DNA of 46,396 nucleotides from a virus (taxonomy: Duplodnaviria > Heunggongvirae > Uroviricota > Caudoviricetes), in IMG/VR virus record IMGVR_UViG_3300043451_000039, positions 128,001 to 174,396 of that record; one strand, 5' to 3'. Below, piece after piece: positions 44,294 through 46,396 of the stretch; the stretch's first letter is position 1; each line of letters opens with the position of its first letter. The translations under genes and the position numbers were made by a program. The notes under the pieces were generated by a model. It did no database searches. It had not been told where the DNA came from and saw only the letters and a list, made by a program, of their open reading frames with translations.

Positions 44294-45657
44294 CAGAAGA
44301 AACCTTCTAGTGATGAAGCATTGGCTTCTGGGTGATACTTATGAAGTTCATCCTTACCAAGTTTCTCTTCACAATAGTCATACCATTCTTTGCTAGTCCA
44401 CATAGATTCAGAAACACCATTCCATAAAGGTTTCCATAGAGGATGTTCTTTGTTTAGTCTACGAGATTCAACAAAGTTGAAACGGCAATCTTCATATTCA
44501 AATGAACCCAACTCAAGCATCTTCTCACGGAAATAACATACCAATGAAACACGCTCGGCTTCTTCATCAAGAAGTTTAATCTCAGTATTGCCGTGCATAA
44601 CCTCGTGGTTATTAATTAAGAGCAAGTCACCTGGACGCACATTAACAGCAACACGATATTCTGGAGCAATCAAGTAACCACCAGAGTAGTTACCATTGTT
44701 AGACAACACCAACAAGTTAGACAAGCCAGAATCTAAATCACCAGCATCAAAGTGTGCGGCAGTGCGGAATGTTTTGTTGACAGTGATAGTTGTGAACGGA
44801 GTTCCAGGAACCAAGAAACGTGGATCTAGTTTCTCTGCTGCTTTCATTTGATTAGCATAACGCCATGGCAATAGATCCTTGAAACCTTTGGCAAGAGTTT
44901 GAAGGAATGGGAATGCCATTTGGAACTTCTCAAAGTTGTCACGTGTATAAGAAGTAGCACGACCATATGGAATACGTGGGTAACGATCGAACCAGCCAGC
45001 GATACCAGAGTTAACAGCAGTGCCGTAAGTAGTGGTACTGATCATCTTCATAACTTCTTCAGTAGCCTTTGCTCGTTCTTCACGGCTCATAGGTTTAATT
45101 GAATCAACCCATGCTTCAAAGTCAAACTTACCACGGAAACGAGAGATAACCCATACATTGTTCTTACCACCGCCACCTGCCATCTTCTTGTCAGTTTCGG
45201 TAGGATACTTATTGCGAACTGTATCAATAACATCTTCTTCAATCAAAGCAGAGTTACGATTCTTGATCAAGGCAGTGATCATCTCATCTTGATAGTTGGT
45301 AACCCACTCACGACCATCAGAGGTAGCAATGATACCATCTTTAATACCAGAAGCAAGTCCACGATTCTCTGTTCGAATCGCTGCTTCACGCAGACCAGCA
45401 TATGCTGCGTCTTGTTGTTCTTTGCTGAAGTAGTTCTTGCGGAACTTGAAAACAATTCTACGCTCATCAGAACCTGTGGCGCAATTTGCGCAATCTTTTG
45501 GAACATCACAATCAGCTTGGGTTGCTAGGTCGCAGTTCGGTGGTGCGTAAACATCACAATCTTCTTCCACAAGAATATCATAATGAGATTCATCAACAAA
45601 TTTGCCCAACAAATGTGAACAATCAATTTTCTTTTCGGCTACAATTACCTTTACCAT
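44293..45657 (-). CDS. TET/JBP-family 5-methylpyrimidine dioxygenase
   Basis: FTTITVN..FRTAAHFDAGD, GDLL, HGNT, RVSLVCYFRE. Confidence 0.85.
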   Translation of the reverse strand: MVKVIVAEKKIDCSHLLGKFVDESHYDILVEEDCDVYAPPNCDLATQADCDVPKDCANCATGSDERRIVFKFRKNYFSKEQQDAAYAGLREAAIRTENRGLASGIKDGIIATSDGREWVTNYQDEMITALIKNRNSALIEEDVIDTVRNKYPTETDKKMAGGGGKNNVWVISRFRGKFDFEAWVDSIKPMSREERAKATEEVMKMISTTTYGTAVNSGIAGWFDRYPRIPYGRATSYTRDNFEKFQMAFPFLQTLAKGFKDLLPWRYANQMKAAEKLDPRFLVPGTPFTTITVNKTFRTAAHFDAGDLDSGLSNLLVLSNNGNYSGGYLIAPEYRVAVNVRPGDLLLINNHEVMHGNTEIKLLDEEAERVSLVCYFREKMLELGSFEYEDCRFNFVESRRLNKEHPLWKPLWNGVSESMWTSKEWYDYCEEKLGKDELHKYHPEANASSLEGFF

Positions 45658-45666
45658 TTCTCTCTC

Positions 45667-46395
45667 CTAAAACTTAAACCCACTGAAACCTTCTGCTCTT
45701 TGTCGCTTGCCAAATTCACTCTTGTCAAACATAGGCACATCGTCTTTATCTTGACCAGAGTCAGACAAACCTACCTGAGCGGATGCTTCAACATCATATA
45801 ACTTCATCTTGGCTCTATCGATACCAACAACGAAACGCTTATAGAATCCTGGATCATTGTAACGATTCTTTAATTGTTTAACAATGATTTGATTCAATTG
45901 CTCAAGTTCTTCATTTGAAACTAACGCAAACATAAAGTCAGCAGTGGCTGGTAATCCAAACGATTCAGAAGTATCTTCCAAACCTGGATCGCTATTAGTG
46001 TATCCACTTCGAGTTGTTTGTGTGGCTGAAACAATTGGAACATTATATTCAACAGCCAAACCTCTTAACTCTTCAGCGATACTCTTAATATATGTATAAG
46101 AGTTAATACTTCCACCTTGCTTCATACGCTGACTTGAACAAATGTTTAGATAATCAATGAAGATAATATCAGGAATAAACTCACGCTTCAACTTCAACTC
46201 TTCAAGCAATGCTCTGAAGTGACCAGCATGTGCGCCAGCAGTTGGATATTCTTTGACGATTAGTTTGCCCTGAGTTTTCTTAGAAATCTTTTCAATACGA
46301 TTGTCGAAGATATCTTTGTCGATAACCTTCAACTCATCCATGGTCAAGTTCAATAGGTTCGCATCGATACGCTCAGCGATACGCTCTTCAGCCAT
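45667..46395 (-). CDS. replicative helicase (T4 gp41), C-terminal part; 5' end outside the window
   Basis: KEYPT, IDYLNIC, AEELRGLA, SATQ, SESFG, KNRY. Confidence 0.97.
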   Translation of the reverse strand: MAEERIAERIDANLLNLTMDELKVIDKDIFDNRIEKISKKTQGKLIVKEYPTAGAHAGHFRALLEELKLKREFIPDIIFIDYLNICSSQRMKQGGSINSYTYIKSIAEELRGLAVEYNVPIVSATQTTRSGYTNSDPGLEDTSESFGLPATADFMFALVSNEELEQLNQIIVKQLKNRYNDPGFYKRFVVGIDRAKMKLYDVEASAQVGLSDSGQDKDDVPMFDKSEFGKRQRAEGFSGFKF

Positions 46396-46396
46396 T

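Noticed and set aside
3445-45677. Plus-strand ORFs and short nested minus-strand ORFs
   Set aside because: They are antisense or alternate-frame shadows of well-supported minus-strand genes.
3107-46395. Stop-codon reassignment
   Set aside because: Core genes are full length under the standard code and no suppressor tRNA is seen in the window.

Overview
A 46.4-kb segment of a T4-like (Tevenvirinae/Kyanoviridae-like) phage genome, with essentially all real genes on the minus strand. Two Bug/TctC proteins suggest a freshwater betaproteobacterial host, which is an inference. In coordinate order the window holds: (i) an array of 18 tRNAs interleaved with structured spacers; (ii) directly upstream, an unannotated 45-codon leaderless ORF that contains all 20 amino acids and overlaps an antiterminator/terminator pair, which looks like a translation-sensing attenuator for the tRNA array and is the top finding; (iii) an auxiliary cluster with 2 ferritin-like diiron proteins, 2 Bug proteins, a class I amidotransferase and a PP-loop protein; (iv) dCMP deaminase, RNase H and small accessory genes; (v) envelope and secreted proteins, nrdAB, thyX, primase and spanins; (vi) late proteins carrying T4-type capsid-targeting N-termini; (vii) a DNA hypermodification cluster (TET/JBP dioxygenase, Ntn amidotransferase, amidoligase, GNAT, aGPT-Pplase, P-loop kinase) next to the gp41 helicase. 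All calls come from reading motifs by eye; no searches or folding programs were run.
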